Notes: generated by a model not told the origin, from the letters alone. A stretch of 64,000 bases of DNA from an uncultured Bdellovibrionales bacterium (GCA_964538685.1 CAZIFD010000001.1:116295-180294); one strand, 5' to 3'. Positions 37,772-47,360 are shown, counted from the stretch's first letter. A program made the numbers and translations.

Positions 37772-39701
37772 TACTTTTTTTAATCAGATCCTGTTTCTTT
37801 TGAGCTTGATTTTTATTTTATATTTGCCCGGTCAGGCTTTGCTTTTGGCAGTTTTTGGAAAAAGTCAGACAATGTCTTCTTTGGAAAGATTTGTGGCTTC
37901 TTTCGGTTTGGGTTTGGTGGCGGTGGATTTCATTTGTTTTCTTTATTCCAAATTTAATTGGATAATCGCTCCCCTCTCGGCTTTTTTGGGAATCGGAATT
38001 TTTATTTTAGTTTGCTTGGCTATTTTTAAATTTAGAAAATTTTCTAAAAATAATGAAATTGACAACAAAAATCAAGAACAGCTTTTTTCTTTTTCCAAAA
38101 AGCAATTGCGTTTGATTTTGGTTTTACTTTTGGCGATTTTTTTAGTAAAAACCGCTTATCTTTATGGAACAGTTTTGCCAACAGCGACTGATATGGGGCA
38201 CCATATGTATTGGGCCAAAGAAATGGCAGAAAGCGGAAAATTGCCGACTTATGACGGAATGCCGGATTTTATTATCGGAGAGCATATTATTTTCGGCTTG
38301 GTGGCGATTTTTTCTGGCGCTGATTTTTTCGGGGCCTTTCCGGTTTTACTTCTTTATCTTTTTAATCTTCTGGGAATTTTGGCTATTTTTCTTTTGGTAC
38401 TTCGGATTTTCAGAAATCAAAAAATTGCTATTTTGACTTTGCTTTTTTTAGGCGCGCTTTTTGCTGTTTCTTCCCCTCAAGCTAAATTTGTCAGTGGTGG
38501 CGTGATCGGAAATACTTTGGGAAATTTTCTTTTGCCCTTGGCTTTTTATTTTTATGTCCGAGCCTTTGAATTCCTGAAAAATATAAATTTTCAAGCAAAA
38601 GAAAATAAATCATTAAAAAAAGAAAAAGCTTTTCTGTCTCTGGCTGTTTTTTTGACTTTCGGTCTTTTTTATACACATCATTTGACCGCTTTCATATTTT
38701 TGTTTGTCGTTTTTGGAACCATTTTGATTTATTTTGTTGCTAATTTTCAAGAGGCGACTAGAATTGGCAAAGAACTTTCTCGTTTGGTTTTTTCCCCTTG
38801 GATTTTGGGAACCTTTGCTCTGGGTTTGATTTTTTTCTTTTTTGTTTTTGTTCCCACTTATGTCCAAGGTAGCGCAGTTGAAACGGCCGTTGGCACTCCG
38901 TCCAAATCAACCCGAACGGGCCTTAGTTTGAATAACCTAAAATCAACAGTTGGTAATTTGCGTTTGGGAATGGGTTTTGCGGGAATAATATTTTTGCTTT
39001 TGGCGTATAAAAGAAAAAATATCGGATATGCCTTGATTCTGGGTTGGTCGCTGATGTTGCTTCTTATGTCTACCCGACCCGATTTTCTTTTGATTGATTT
39101 GCCCAGCTCCCGAGTGGGAAATTATTTGTCCTTTCCTTTTGCCATCCTGGCCGCCTTTTCTTTTTGGTTTGTTTTTTCTCTTACTAAAGAAAAAGTTTTT
39201 TTTGCCAATATTTTTTCCGGCATATTGCCTAGATTTTTCTTGCAAGGAAGCTTTTTGGTTTTTTTGTCGGGATTGATTTTTTTCGGAATTTCCGATTCGG
39301 TAGCTTCATTCAAATCACCGGGAAATTACGGCTCACTTTTTGAAACTTTCAGAGCGTCTGAATATTTGGTTGAAGAATCGGAGCTTAGTGATATTATTCT
39401 CAAAGACCATAATTATTTGACCGGTGACACTTGGATGAAACTCTTCTTTATGCGGGGCTATCGCTATCCCCTTTCCCGCAGTTATTTCAAACGCTATGAA
39501 GATGAAACCAATCCGCGCGAAATGTGCACTTTGCAAATGATTTCCTCTCCGGCTTCCGAAGAGGCCAAAAACTGTTTTTCCGAAACCGGAACTAATTTTT
39601 TGGTGGTTAATCACTTGTATGATAGCGCTCAATTTGAAAAAAACAGAGAATTTAATCATATTTATGCCAGTTCCGAAACCAGTATTTATTATAAAAAATA
39701 A
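37764..39701 (+). CDS. Large polytopic membrane protein with C-terminal soluble domain; putative GT-C-fold glycosyltransferase
   Basis: More than 12 TM helices plus about 180 aa C-terminal domain. Occupies the same position after Ugd-like/GT2/GT4 as the recognisable GT-C 52847..54403 in the mirror-image module. No DE motif recognised. Confidence 0.5.
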   Translation: MVDTFFNQILFLLSLIFILYLPGQALLLAVFGKSQTMSSLERFVASFGLGLVAVDFICFLYSKFNWIIAPLSAFLGIGIFILVCLAIFKFRKFSKNNEIDNKNQEQLFSFSKKQLRLILVLLLAIFLVKTAYLYGTVLPTATDMGHHMYWAKEMAESGKLPTYDGMPDFIIGEHIIFGLVAIFSGADFFGAFPVLLLYLFNLLGILAIFLLVLRIFRNQKIAILTLLFLGALFAVSSPQAKFVSGGVIGNTLGNFLLPLAFYFYVRAFEFLKNINFQAKENKSLKKEKAFLSLAVFLTFGLFYTHHLTAFIFLFVVFGTILIYFVANFQEATRIGKELSRLVFSPWILGTFALGLIFFFFVFVPTYVQGSAVETAVGTPSKSTRTGLSLNNLKSTVGNLRLGMGFAGIIFLLLAYKRKNIGYALILGWSLMLLLMSTRPDFLLIDLPSSRVGNYLSFPFAILAAFSFWFVFSLTKEKVFFANIFSGILPRFFLQGSFLVFLSGLIFFGISDSVASFKSPGNYGSLFETFRASEYLVEESELSDIILKDHNYLTGDTWMKLFFMRGYRYPLSRSYFKRYEDETNPREMCTLQMISSPASEEAKNCFSETGTNFLVVNHLYDSAQFEKNREFNHIYASSETSIYYKK

Positions 39702-39706
39702 AAAAT

Positions 39707-40081
39707 ATGAAATTTGAACTGAAAAAAACCAATCCAATTGTCGTCTCTTTTTTCTTGCTTTTTGCGGTGAGTGTTTTTTTCTTGTTTTGGACTTCCAACC
39801 GACACAGCGATTTGAATTATGAAAAAAATTGGTGGGCGATCTATTTTTCCGAAGCCAAGGGAGACTCTTTGGATTTTTGGATTGAAAACCATTCCAATGA
39901 GAATTATTTTCGTTTTGAAATTTGGCAAGAAAAAAACAAACTTCAAGAAGAAAGTTTGTCAATTGAAAAAGGTGAAAAAAAAGAAATTAAAATAGACGAG
40001 AATGGATTGGAAAAAACCGGGAAAATAAAAATTCAAGTTTTCGCTGGTGAAGATTTGAAATCAATCAGCAAAAATTTTTGA
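39707..40081 (+). CDS. Hypothetical membrane-anchored protein
   Basis: 124 aa with N-terminal TM. Confidence 0.4.
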   Translation: MKFELKKTNPIVVSFFLLFAVSVFFLFWTSNRHSDLNYEKNWWAIYFSEAKGDSLDFWIENHSNENYFRFEIWQEKNKLQEESLSIEKGEKKEIKIDENGLEKTGKIKIQVFAGEDLKSISKNF

Positions 40082-40094
40082 TTTTTGAAAATAA

Positions 40095-40250
40095 GAAAGC
40101 CCTGGAGGAGATTTCAGAAGTCTTAGCTTCCTAATTTCTTTTTTCCTCCAGGGCTTGGGGGGGGCAAATGATATTTGCTGATAAGACTTCCGGGCGTCCC
40201 ATTGTTGGAAAAACAGGAGGGAGTGCGGGGGGCCGCCCGGAAGCCGTAAT
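40095..40250 (+). other. GC-rich structured island: two long perfect/near-perfect inverted repeats; candidate structured RNA or composite terminator
   Basis: AAGCCCTGGAGGA...(35 nt)...TCCTCCAGGGCTT is a 13-bp perfect inverted repeat. CTTCCGGGCG...(about 35 nt)...CGCCCGGAAG is a 10-bp inverted repeat extendable to about 13 bp. Local GC far above the flanks. Confidence 0.35.
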
Positions 40251-40331
40251 ATAAAGAACCTAAGTGAATATAAAGCATTAATTTCTTTTTGTCAACTGTT
40301 TTCCAGATAAATAGCTTAAATAAAGCATTTT

Positions 40332-41462
40332 ATGTCAAACCAAAAAACTAAAAAAATATTATTTGTCAGTCGGCCTCTTTCCCCTCCTTGGGACGAAGCT
40401 TCCAAAAATCTGGCCTATTTTTTAGCTAAAAATATTTCCGATTTTCAAATTGGAATTATGGTTAAAAAAATATTGCCGGAAGTGGGAAAAAATATTGTTC
40501 AAAATCAAGTTTACACCACTTCCGAAATTTCCGAATTTAATTGGACGGAAAAATTGCGTTCGCTTTTTTTCCAATGGAAGGCACGGGGAAAATTTGATGT
40601 CAATCATTATTTTTTTACTCCGACCAAGCTGAATACTTTTTTGATTAAAAATTTTCTAAAAATCAAAAAAACCAAATCTATTCAAACAGTAGCCACGCTG
40701 CGAGAAGATTTGTGGTCGGATGAAGATTTGAAAAAGTTGCTTTTTGCTGAAAAAATTATCACTTATTCTGATTATTCAAAAAATAAATTAGAAAAGTTGG
40801 GATTTTCGGGAGTGGAAAGAATTTATCCGGGAATTGATTTGGAGATTTATCAAAAAAGACCCAAGGATTCAAAACTGCTTTCCCAATTGGGAATCGGCGC
40901 AGATGATTTTGTGATTACTTATCCCGGAGAATATACGCGTCTTGGAGCAACGGATTTGATAGTTGAAGCATTTCAAGGACTTGAACAAAAAATCAAGAAT
41001 GCCAAATTGATTTTGGCTTGCAGAGTAAAAAACGAAAAAGACCAAAAGAAAAAAGAAGAAATTGCCAAAAAGATCAAGGCCTGGAAAATTTCTGACCGGG
41101 TAATTTTTTTGGATACTTTTTCCGAAATGTCAAAAATCTACAATTTGTCCGAGCTGGTTATTTTTCCGGTTTCCAATATGCGGGGAAAATTTGATGTTCC
41201 GTTGGTTATTCCGGAAGCTCAAGCTTCAAGAAAGCCGGTCATTGTCTCCGATCTTCCTATTTTGAAAGAGTTCGCAAATCCGACTAATTCGGTTATAATT
41301 AAAAAAGACAATCCGAAAGAGCTGGAGCAGGCTATTTTTGATCTTTACGAGCATCCGGAAAAAAGAGAAAGTATCGGTCAAGCCGGAAGGATTTTTGCTG
41401 AAAATAATTTTGATATTAAAAAAGTAGCTCAGGAATACGAAAAAATTTATGCCAAAATATAA
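40332..41462 (+). CDS. GT-B fold glycosyltransferase (GT4-like)
   Basis: Two Rossmann-like halves. The C-terminal region has a GT4-like E...E pattern (VIPEAQASRKPVIVSD). Confidence 0.55.
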   Translation: MSNQKTKKILFVSRPLSPPWDEASKNLAYFLAKNISDFQIGIMVKKILPEVGKNIVQNQVYTTSEISEFNWTEKLRSLFFQWKARGKFDVNHYFFTPTKLNTFLIKNFLKIKKTKSIQTVATLREDLWSDEDLKKLLFAEKIITYSDYSKNKLEKLGFSGVERIYPGIDLEIYQKRPKDSKLLSQLGIGADDFVITYPGEYTRLGATDLIVEAFQGLEQKIKNAKLILACRVKNEKDQKKKEEIAKKIKAWKISDRVIFLDTFSEMSKIYNLSELVIFPVSNMRGKFDVPLVIPEAQASRKPVIVSDLPILKEFANPTNSVIIKKDNPKELEQAIFDLYEHPEKRESIGQAGRIFAENNFDIKKVAQEYEKIYAKI

Positions 41463-42945
41463 TTTTAAAAAAATTTCCTCTCATAAACAGGAGATGAAAA
41501 CGGAAAAAATGAAAGTGCCGGCTGTTCTTCATGTTTCAGATGAATTGCTTCCGGCCGATCGGACATTGGAAGAAATTGAAAATGTAGCCACTTCCGAGTA
41601 TGCTTTTCATCATTTGGTGGCGATGAGTGATGTCCATAGCAAAAAAGGTCGCAAAAATCCGACCGGAACTGTCTTTGCTTCGGAAAAATATCTTTTGCCT
41701 CAAATTAATGATACGGCGCCCAATTGCGGAATGCGTTTTTTGAAAACCAATCTTACTGACAAAGATATTGAAGGAAAAAAATTAGACGAGCTTTTTGAAG
41801 CTTTGGTCAAAGTGATTCCGACTAAAAAATATGTGGGAACTAAAATTCCCTATAATTTGGTTTTGGATATTTGTCGCCAAGGAGTGGCTCCGGTCAAAGA
41901 ATATTTTCAAACCAAAACCAAAAATGAAATAGAAAATTCTTTCAAGCAAGGAAATTTTTTTGAAAAAGAAATAAGCCGAAGAGATATTTTGGATGTTATT
42001 CCCAAACTTTTTCTTTGGATTGGAAAATACCGTTTGGGAATTTTGGGAGCGGCTGGCAATCATTTTTTGGATTTGATGAAAGTAGGAAAAATAAAAGATG
42101 AAAAATTGGCTCAAAAGCTCGGGGTTTTTGAAGGCCAATATATTTTTCTGATGCACACCGGTTCCGGTCTTTTGGGTCAGTATGCTTCTTATATGTACAC
42201 TCCGAAAAAAAAGGAGCACTTGAGTCAGCGAATAGTTTTGGAATTGGGAAAAATGACTTTTGATTCACAACTAAAAAAAGTTTATTCCGGCTTAGCGCCA
42301 CTTATTTCCGAGTTTAAGAACAAAAAAGAATTTTTTGCTTATGACGAAGAAAGCTTGGAGGGACAAATGTTTCTTCGCTCTCACAACGCAGTGGCCAATC
42401 ATGGTTTTGCCAACCGGGTGATTTTAACTGATCATTTGGAAAAAACTTTGACTGCTTTTTTGGGTCGGGATTCGGAATTGGATATGCTTTATGATATGCC
42501 TCATGTTTATGTTAACCAAGAAGAACATTTCGGCAAAAAGGTGTGGGTCCATCGCAATGGTACTGTCCGAGCCAATGGCCCCAAGAGAATGAATGATCAT
42601 CCTCTGTTTTCTCAAACCGGAGAGCCGGTTTTTATCCCGTCTTCCATGAGTACCCCGGCCTATTTGGCAGTTGGAACCGATGAAAATGAGTCCGGTTTCT
42701 TTTCTGCTTCTCATGGAACCGGAAAAAGAAAAGATCCTTTGGCTGACAAAGCTGAGAGCAAAAAAGAGCTTTTGAAAAAAATGGAGAAAAATCAAATAAA
42801 ATTATTTAATGCCAAATCAAGGGGCGTAATTCAGCAAGACAGCGGTTATTATAAAGATGTGGAAGAGGTAATTGCCGGAATTGAAGAAAATAAAATTGCC
42901 AGGGTGGTGGCCAAGATGCAACCGGTGGCGGTGATTATGTATTGA
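41449..42945 (+). CDS. rtcB: RtcB-family RNA 3'-phosphate ligase
   Basis: RtcB metal/GMP motifs in order: AMSDVHSKKG, APNCGM, GAAGNHF, LMHTGSGLLG, AVANHGFANR, HRNGTVRA, SASHGTGKRK. 498 aa. Confidence 0.75.
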   Translation: MPKYNFKKISSHKQEMKTEKMKVPAVLHVSDELLPADRTLEEIENVATSEYAFHHLVAMSDVHSKKGRKNPTGTVFASEKYLLPQINDTAPNCGMRFLKTNLTDKDIEGKKLDELFEALVKVIPTKKYVGTKIPYNLVLDICRQGVAPVKEYFQTKTKNEIENSFKQGNFFEKEISRRDILDVIPKLFLWIGKYRLGILGAAGNHFLDLMKVGKIKDEKLAQKLGVFEGQYIFLMHTGSGLLGQYASYMYTPKKKEHLSQRIVLELGKMTFDSQLKKVYSGLAPLISEFKNKKEFFAYDEESLEGQMFLRSHNAVANHGFANRVILTDHLEKTLTAFLGRDSELDMLYDMPHVYVNQEEHFGKKVWVHRNGTVRANGPKRMNDHPLFSQTGEPVFIPSSMSTPAYLAVGTDENESGFFSASHGTGKRKDPLADKAESKKELLKKMEKNQIKLFNAKSRGVIQQDSGYYKDVEEVIAGIEENKIARVVAKMQPVAVIMY

Positions 42946-42951
42946 TTTATT

Positions 42952-43590
42952 ATGAAAATTATTACAATTTCCGGAGTGGACGGAAGCGGAAAATCCACTC
43001 AAATAAAATTATTGGCGGAATATTTGCAAAAAGAAGGCTTTCAAGTTTTCTATTTTCATGCGGTGGAATTTTCGCTAGCCGGAAAAATAGCCAATCTAAA
43101 AAAATATTGCTGGCTTTGCCAGATTCTGGGTAAATGTAAAATCAAAAAAAATGATTCTGATTTTCACAAGAATGACATTCAAGGGAAAAGTGTAATCAAG
43201 GCGAATTATGTCCAGTTATTTTTACGGAAGATTTTTTTGCGAATTGATATTTTTCGTTTTCAGCAATTACTTAAAAAATTAGAAAAGCAAGGTTGTGATT
43301 ATATTTTGAGCGATCGCTATTTTTTTGATTCGGTGGTTAATATTGAATATTTGAGCCATAAGAATTTTGAATTTGGTTTTCCCAAAAACATAATTCCCGA
43401 AAAATCTTTTTATCTATCGGTTTTGCCTGAAGAAATTATGAAAAGAGAAAGAATTCCCGACCAAGGATTGGAATATTTAATGGAAAAACAAAATATATTT
43501 TCAAAAAAAATTGAAAATTGGAAGCTGTTGAAAATTGACGGTAATCGAAAAAAAGAAGAAGTTTTTGAGGATATTTTGAATAAAATATAA
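42952..43590 (+). CDS. Divergent dTMP-kinase-like P-loop kinase
   Basis: P-loop ITISGVDGSGKSTQ and the DRY motif ILSDRYFFDS of the thymidylate kinase family. No TREPGGT motif. Confidence 0.55.
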   Translation: MKIITISGVDGSGKSTQIKLLAEYLQKEGFQVFYFHAVEFSLAGKIANLKKYCWLCQILGKCKIKKNDSDFHKNDIQGKSVIKANYVQLFLRKIFLRIDIFRFQQLLKKLEKQGCDYILSDRYFFDSVVNIEYLSHKNFEFGFPKNIIPEKSFYLSVLPEEIMKRERIPDQGLEYLMEKQNIFSKKIENWKLLKIDGNRKKEEVFEDILNKI

Positions 43591-43599
43591 AAAGGAAGA

Positions 43600-45081
43600 A
43601 TGTCTCATAAAAATTTGGTAAAATCGGTTTTTTGGGTTACTTTGTCGGAAATAATTTTCAATTTATCCGGTTATGTTATTCATAGTGCGGTAGGGCGAAT
43701 TTTGGGTCCTTCTGATTATGGTCGCTATGGTTTGGTGGTGACGCTCACCACTATGGTAATTATCCTCATTGGTAACGGAATCCCAACGGCGATGAGCAAA
43801 TATTTAAGTGAAGTTTTTGAAAGCCGTCCGGGAATGATTTCAATTATCAAAAAACAGGCTATCCGTCTTCAGTTTATTTTAATTGGCGGAATTACACTTG
43901 TTTTCTTTTTTTTGTCTCCGGTTATTGCTTGGCTTCTCAAAGATTCAACCTTGACTCCCCTTTTTCAAATTTCTACTTTGATTATTCCGGCTTTTGCGGC
44001 GGCTTCTTTTTATTTTTATTATTACACCGGTCTTCATGAATTCAAATTGCAATCAGTCCTGAAAACCGTTCGTTCGGTTTTGAAAGTGGTGGCGATTATC
44101 AGTTTGGCTTACTTTTTTCAACTCAAAGGTTCGGTTGTCGGCTATGTCGTCGCTCCCGGATTGGTTTTTTTAGTTGCTTTTCTTATTGACAAATTTTGGA
44201 TTTCCAAGAAAATAGCGCTTAGAATTCAAAAAAAAGAAACGACTGGAGAATATCTTTTTGACTACAAAAAACTTATCAACTACGCTTGGCCTTTGACTCT
44301 TTTTATGCTTTTTTATGAATTTTTAATCAGCATTGACTTATATTTGGTCAAAGGTATTTTGGAAAATGATTATCTGACAGGGATTTACAACGGAGCGCTC
44401 ACGGTTGGTCGTTTGCCGTATTATCTTTTCTACGCTCTGTCAATAATTCTTTTGCCGGTAATTTCCAAAACCACTTTTGAAAATCGCCATAGCGAAACTC
44501 ACAAAATTGTTTCTCAATCGCTTCGCCTGATGGTAATTCTGCTTTTCCCGGGAGTGATTTTGATGTTAGTTTTCGCTTTGCCGATAATTCAGTTTTTTTA
44601 TGGATCGGAATTTTTAGCTTCTGCTATCCCAATGTCCATTCTTTCTTTGGGAGTGGGGTTCTTGACAATTTTCTATGTGATGAGTTTCGTGGTGAATGGA
44701 GCGGGCAAGGTGAGAGTGCCGATGTGGATCAGTTTCTGGGGTCTTTTGATTAATATTTTGCTTAATTATATTTTCATCAAAAATTGGAGCATTGTCGGCT
44801 CAGCCACGGCTACCTCTATCACTTCTTTTTTGATTATGTTGGTTATGCTTGTTTTCGTCAGAAGAGAATTCGGGGTTTTTCTCAGATTAAAAAGTCTTTC
44901 AAAAATAATTTTAGCTTCTGCGACGATGCTTTGGGTTTCAATTTATCTTCCAAAAACCGAAGACACTTTTATTTTTTATGCTATCTTCCTTTTGGCAATT
45001 TATTTTGCGGTTCTTTTGGTACTTCAGGAAATTAAAAAAGAAGACTGGCAAGTCTTCCGGAAACTGACTGGAAAGAAATAA
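43600..45081 (+). CDS. Wzx/MOP-superfamily polysaccharide (oligosaccharide-lipid) flippase
   Basis: About 14 TM helices. N-terminal pattern (WVTLSEIIFNLSGYVIHSAVGRILGPSDYGRYGLVVTL) is typical of the polysaccharide-biosynthesis flippase family. Confidence 0.75.
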   Translation: MSHKNLVKSVFWVTLSEIIFNLSGYVIHSAVGRILGPSDYGRYGLVVTLTTMVIILIGNGIPTAMSKYLSEVFESRPGMISIIKKQAIRLQFILIGGITLVFFFLSPVIAWLLKDSTLTPLFQISTLIIPAFAAASFYFYYYTGLHEFKLQSVLKTVRSVLKVVAIISLAYFFQLKGSVVGYVVAPGLVFLVAFLIDKFWISKKIALRIQKKETTGEYLFDYKKLINYAWPLTLFMLFYEFLISIDLYLVKGILENDYLTGIYNGALTVGRLPYYLFYALSIILLPVISKTTFENRHSETHKIVSQSLRLMVILLFPGVILMLVFALPIIQFFYGSEFLASAIPMSILSLGVGFLTIFYVMSFVVNGAGKVRVPMWISFWGLLINILLNYIFIKNWSIVGSATATSITSFLIMLVMLVFVRREFGVFLRLKSLSKIILASATMLWVSIYLPKTEDTFIFYAIFLLAIYFAVLLVLQEIKKEDWQVFRKLTGKK

Positions 45082-45087
45082 AAATAA

Positions 45088-45117
45088 CCCTCAAGGCACC
45101 TTGTGGCTTCTTGAGGG
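45088..45117. terminator. Bidirectional terminator-like hairpin CCCTCAAGG-N12-CTTGAGGG
   Basis: 8-9 bp stem between the Wzx stop (45081) and the stop of the minus-strand 43-aa ORF (45128). A/T-rich flanks on both sides. Confidence 0.45.
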
Positions 45118-45127
45118 AGGGGGTTGT

Positions 45128-45259
45128 TTATTTTTCTTCTTTTTTCTTTATTCCTTCTTTTTCTTTATTCGGTTCCTCCTCCAATAACGGAGGAACATAA
45201 ACCAGTCCCCCAAGTGCTATGGGAGTTCCATATTTTGGGCACGGCTCTTTTTTTGCCAT
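45128..45259 (-). CDS. Candidate 43-aa small protein (MAKKEPCPKYGTPIALGGLVYVPPLLEEEPNKEKEGIKKKEEK)
   Basis: Not in the ORF table. Very strong SD (AAAGGAGGGG) 7 nt upstream of the ATG, terminator hairpin right after the stop. Lies in a 734-bp region with no ORF of 60 aa or more. Confidence 0.3.
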   Translation of the reverse strand: MAKKEPCPKYGTPIALGGLVYVPPLLEEEPNKEKEGIKKKEEK

Positions 45260-45815
45260 TTTTTTCTCCCCTCCTTTATCCAACTATAAAATTATAAATT
45301 AAAAAATAAATATTATCAAATCTTTTAATTTTTTGGCAAAATAAAAACCCCGAAGCGTTGCGCACCGCTTGGGGGTGTGGGTAGGGGCTTTAGAATAGGC
45401 GCGACCTATTTTAAAGCCCCTTCATACATTACATATTTTCATCTTTTTCTCCTTTCTTGCGGTTTTTCATTTTTCTATTTTTTTCTGATGGGCGCCAGGC
45501 CAAGGTATTATTAAGAGGTGATGGGAGGCGACATGGCGACTCCTCCTTTCTTGTTTTGCCACTCCCTTGCCCAAGAGAGTGGCGGGGTTTTTGAATAATA
45601 TTCTCTCGCTTTTTCTCGCTTCCAATTTAAATTGGATTGGAATTAAAATAATTTAAATCCAAATCAAGTTGGAAACGAGAAAATTTTCAAAAAAGATGAA
45701 AAAATATGTAAAGAACTTTTTTACGCTTCTTGAGCGTAATGGTGGAGTATAGCATATCACGATAATCTTGTCAAGCGTTTTGCTTGTTTTTGGCTAAAAT
45801 AAAGGATTTTTTTTG

Positions 45816-47339
45816 CTATTTCCAGCGGTAAACACTCACCTTTCCTCGGACTTGAATGTTGTTTATTTTTTCCATTTTTTCTTCAATGAAGCTTTGGGCT
45901 TCTTTGGTAATGAAGACTTCATCATTATCGGAAAAAATCATCCAGCCGGACGGATTTTCGGCAATAATTTTTTCCAAGCGTTCCAAAGTAATTTTATTTT
46001 TATCCAATTCTCCCCCAAAGTCAAATACCGGAACTTTTTCTCCGGCAAAATAGTAATTGCGAAAATTACGAGCAATAAGAACATCGGAAGCAGTTTTGTT
46101 TTTTTTGAAGTAAGCGAAAATTTCCCGGTATCTGGGATTGTCGGAAGCGGAAGTCTGATTGTAGAAATTATCTTTTTGAAAAAAATAACCGAAGTTGGGC
46201 AAAAGCAAAAATGAGAGAGCAAGGCTGGCGCCGAAAATTTTGCTTTTGTTTTTGGAAAAATTATTTCTGAGAAAATCCGCCAAGCCATAGATTCCAGTGG
46301 CGACAAGAATAATTTTGAAAGACTGGACAAAAAAGATGTATTGATTGCCGGCATTCCGGTCCCAGAAGAAAACGGCCAAAATCAAAATGCCCAGAAACGA
46401 CCAAGAAAGCCAAAGTGTTTCTTTCTTGAGGTTGGCTTTTTTCCAGAGATAATAGATACCGAAAAGAATAAAAAATATTGCCAAAAGAGGAGCTTGGTAG
46501 TCGGACAGAACTTTGGAAACATAACTCCAGTGGCTGGTTAGTCCCAACCCGGCCAAAGCCGGTGAAACTTTTTCTTGAAAGAAAAGCAAGGAAAAAATCA
46601 AAAGCACCAATCCTAATCCCAAGAGAAAAGTGTATTTGTTGATTTCCAATTTCTTTTTTTCCTTTAATTTCCAAATGACTAGCGTGAGAATGTATCCGGC
46701 TAAAATGAAAACAATATTAACCGTGAGCAAATGGAGATGAAAACTGAGCGCTCCCAGAAGCAATGCCGGTAACAAATAAAAAGCATTTAGGGAAGTTTTA
46801 TTCCAGACAATTCTAAGTAGCTTATTTTCCCCTGAGTATTCTTTTTCCAGAAAACGAAAAAGAGTCCAAGAAAAAGCCAAGAAAATCGGGAAAAACATAG
46901 CGTACATTCTGAGTTTGCGGTCAAATTCAATTCCGTCCAAGCTCACCGCAAAAAGAAAAGCAGACAAAAGAGCAATAGTTTTGTTTCGGGTAAAATCTTT
47001 AGCGACAAGATAAATAAGAAGGATAGTTAAAATTCCCCAAAAAGCACTCACGCTACGAGCGGTGTTTTCGGTGGGTGGAAGGAATCTGAAAAGAGTGGCC
47101 GCTTGCCATTTGTAGGCCCAGGCTCGTTCGTCCCGAGGAGCGAATTCATTATCGGTGTTTATTTTTTCAAAATTGAAATCCCAATTTTTCCACTCCCCTG
47201 TTTGGGTATAAGCATAAGAAGAGTTAATATCCAGAAATTCGTCGGCGACAAAAGAATTTTCTCCTAATTTATGGAAGCGAAGAAAAGCTCCCAAAAGAAG
47301 AATTGCCAAGAGAACTAAAAAACTATAATTTTTTTTCAT
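45816..47339 (-). CDS. GT-C glycosyltransferase, PMT/ArnT-like (PMT_2 family)
   Basis: At least 11 TM helices. First-loop DE motif (FVADEFLD) in the position conserved in GT39/GT83 enzymes. Confidence 0.7.
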   Translation of the reverse strand: MKKNYSFLVLLAILLLGAFLRFHKLGENSFVADEFLDINSSYAYTQTGEWKNWDFNFEKINTDNEFAPRDERAWAYKWQAATLFRFLPPTENTARSVSAFWGILTILLIYLVAKDFTRNKTIALLSAFLFAVSLDGIEFDRKLRMYAMFFPIFLAFSWTLFRFLEKEYSGENKLLRIVWNKTSLNAFYLLPALLLGALSFHLHLLTVNIVFILAGYILTLVIWKLKEKKKLEINKYTFLLGLGLVLLIFSLLFFQEKVSPALAGLGLTSHWSYVSKVLSDYQAPLLAIFFILFGIYYLWKKANLKKETLWLSWSFLGILILAVFFWDRNAGNQYIFFVQSFKIILVATGIYGLADFLRNNFSKNKSKIFGASLALSFLLLPNFGYFFQKDNFYNQTSASDNPRYREIFAYFKKNKTASDVLIARNFRNYYFAGEKVPVFDFGGELDKNKITLERLEKIIAENPSGWMIFSDNDEVFITKEAQSFIEEKMEKINNIQVRGKVSVYRWK

Positions 47340-47360
47340 AGCGTTAATTGGTTAGTTGTT

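Noticed and set aside
45082-45815. tmRNA, RNase P RNA or SRP RNA hidden in the long non-coding region
   Set aside because: I could not find the tRNA-like 3' end (GGTTCGAnTCC...CCA) or tag ORF of tmRNA. The P4 strands of RNase P (GGAAAGTCCGG / CCCGGCTTA) are absent, as is the helix-8 GGAA/AGCAGC core of SRP RNA, on either strand. This cannot be excluded without a covariance-model search.
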